The notes below the pieces were generated by a model. The model was given only the letters and a program-made list of their open reading frames with translations. It was not told the DNA's origin and ran no database searches. Below, piece after piece: positions 30,396-32,000 of a stretch of DNA of 32,000 bases. Each line of letters begins with the position of its first letter. Position 1 is the first letter of the stretch. Location of the stretch: the NCBI GenBank assembly GCA_965231035.1, contig OZ246409.1, positions 121,101 to 153,100 on the forward strand, read 5' to 3'. A program made the translations under genes and the position numbers. Source of the DNA: an uncultured Muribaculaceae bacterium (GTDB lineage: Bacteria; Pseudomonadota; Alphaproteobacteria; Rs-D84).

Positions 30396-32000
30396 TTACA
30401 TATTATCGTCATAAACTGAATATTGGGTACCTTGTGAATTAACACGTAAAGACCCCTTGGTATCAGTTGTCATATTTCCATAATAACTTGTGCCATCAAC
30501 TTTTACATTTAACGATGGTGTGGTTTTTTTATCGCTACGAAGATAAACTTTTTCATCGTTAACATGTAATAATTTTCCACAATCTCCAGATTCATCTGCG
30601 CCCAAACCATAACCAATTGTCATAGTACCAGCAGGACATGCTGTTCTGGTAATTGAATCATTTGCAGACCAATAACCAGTTCCAACATCCACACAAGATC
30701 CATCAGATAAATAATACCCACCTTGACATCCACCAACTGTACACAAACCAGTTACAGTATTATCACTGTTCCAAACGGCTGTTGACCAAGAACTTTGATA
30801 TTCGCCGCCACCAGCAGAACATGCAGCGTCACAGAAAGACAAGCCAGGCACACTGGTTGTTGTTCCATCCTGACAAGCTGAGCAATAACCAGATGCAGCT
30901 GTGCTGTATGAACCAATTGTGCAGTTTGTACAAGTTGATGCCCCTATATCTGCATAGGTTCCAGCCAAGCATTCAAACAATGGTCCAGTGCTGCCATAGC
31001 TTACAAGTGTAGAAGGACAATAGTGTCCCGCAGTGCAAGTTGTTGCCGTTGTATCATTTGCCGTGGCAATATAAGTACCTGCCGTAGTCTGCCATTTACA
31101 TCCTGTTTGTGCGGTTACGCCAGTTCCACCATCATCGTAATTGATTGGACATTCAGTTCTTGTTCCAGTGCTGCCATAATTAACCAACGAAGCAAGACAA
31201 TAATACCCAGCAGTACATTTTGATTGTGTCGTTGTGTTAGCTGTTGCTATAAATCTTCCAGCTGTCGTTTGAATCTGACATTGAGTATTTGCAGTTTTAC
31301 CCGGGTCTGTGTTTGCGGTATATCCACCAGGGCAAGATGTACAACTGCTTTGACCCGACCCAGACCACAATGTGCCTGTACATTGTATAATTGAACCGGT
31401 ACTACCATATGTGACCAAAGCAGTTGGACAATAGCTGCCAGCAATACAATCAACTTGTGTTGTAGAATATGGGGTGTCAATATATTTACCACCAGTTGTT
31501 TGCAATGCACACTGATTTTCTGAATAAAGACTCGTACCGCCAGCTGTGTAACCTGTTGGACAAGCTATCAAAGATCCTGTGTCACCGTAAGTAACCAATG
31601 TGGACGGACAATAATATCCTGATAAACATCGATTCTGAGAAGTGGAATTAGCGGTTGGAATGTAGAAACCTGAACTTGTTAAAATTTTACACTGGTTTTG
31701 TGCAGAAAGCCCCGTGCCACCATTTACATAATTTGTTGGACATGCAACCTGGGGTCCTGTGCTACTCCATCCCACCAGACCACCGGGACAATATGTTCCA
31801 GCGGCACAAATTGTTTCAGTTGTAGCATTTGATGTCGCAATATAATATCCGGCCGTTGCTTGAAATTTACATCCGCTTTTTGATGTTACGCCTGTACCAC
31901 CTTTATCATAATTAGTTGGACAAACAGTTATAGATCCGGTGCTGCCATAATTTATTGATGCAGAGTCACAATAGTATCCAGATTCACAAGTTGTTAATGT
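30396..32000 (-). CDS. Paralogous cysteine-rich modular repeat protein; N-terminal part lies beyond the window edge
   Basis: The track ORF start at 31775 is an internal GTG. My translation shows the frame stays open to position 32000 (TLTTCESGYYCDSASINYGSTGSITVCPTNYDKGGTG...). It has the same module types and the same C-terminal domain as 27733-30327. Confidence 0.85.
   Translation of the reverse strand, partial: TLTTCESGYYCDSASINYGSTGSITVCPTNYDKGGTGVTSKSGCKFQATAGYYIATSNATTETICAAGTYCPGGLVGWSSTGPQVACPTNYVNGGTGLSAQNQCKILTSSGFYIPTANSTSQNRCLSGYYCPSTLVTYGDTGSLIACPTGYTAGGTSLYSENQCALQTTGGKYIDTPYSTTQVDCIAGSYCPTALVTYGSTGSIIQCTGTLWSGSGQSSCTSCPGGYTANTDPGKTANTQCQIQTTAGRFIATANTTTQSKCTAGYYCLASLVNYGSTGTRTECPINYDDGGTGVTAQTGCKWQTTAGTYIATANDTTATTCTAGHYCPSTLVSYGSTGPLFECLAGTYADIGASTCTNCTIGSYSTAASGYCSACQDGTTTSVPGLSFCDAACSAGGGEYQSSWSTAVWNSDNTVTGLCTVGGCQGGYYLSDGSCVDVGTGYWSANDSITRTACPAGTMTIGYGLGADESGDCGKLLHVNDEKVYLRSDKKTTPSLNVKVDGTSYYGNMTTDTKGSLRVNSQGTQYSVYDDNM
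30972..32000 (-). repeat. Module array of the second paralog (at least five full modules plus one partial, one with the prefix)
   Basis: The same CP.xY...GTG...C..QTTAG.YIATAN......C.AG.YCP..L..YGSTG consensus is present. It is more diverged from the first gene than the internal repeats of that gene are from each other. Confidence 0.85.

Overview
This is an AT-rich bacterial chromosomal window. Several protein signatures point to a host-associated or uncultured alphaproteobacterium (inference only): an alpha/mitochondrial-type DnaK, a DUF2155 protein, and C-terminally extended S16 and L25/Ctc. About two thirds of the window is housekeeping. It holds a partial SDR gene, tsaD, the conserved rpsP-rimM-trmD-rplS operon, tRNA-Gly(CCC), a LysM envelope protein, a PFK-family kinase, and dnaK with a sigma-32-like promoter. 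It also holds rplY, rsmD, tadA, gpmI, an XRE regulator, and a secA-dnaE-rsmH run. Most convergent gene pairs are separated by clean bidirectional hairpin terminators. The unusual content is a set of exported, very cysteine-rich proteins that I cannot assign to a known bacterial family. First, two tandem paralogs (27733-30327, and 30396 to the window edge) are built from about 60-aa four-Cys modules with ephrin-receptor-like / GCC2-GCC3 / protist-VSP-like Cys spacing. They contain near-identical 411-bp internal super-repeats and share a C-terminal domain of about 190 aa. Second, a separately promoted two-gene operon (17003-19255 and 15747-16991) encodes 750-aa and 414-aa Cys-rich secreted proteins. 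Third, directly upstream sits a polytopic membrane protein with an N-terminal CPVC (CXXC) motif and a 193-aa partner. My working hypothesis is a disulfide-dependent surface or envelope protein system, possibly variable. Smaller oddities are a direct-repeat-flanked mini-cassette abutting the tRNA, a long GC-rich rpsP leader, an atypical PFK active site, and AT-rich orphan genes. All homology calls come from motif recognition by eye. No database search was possible.
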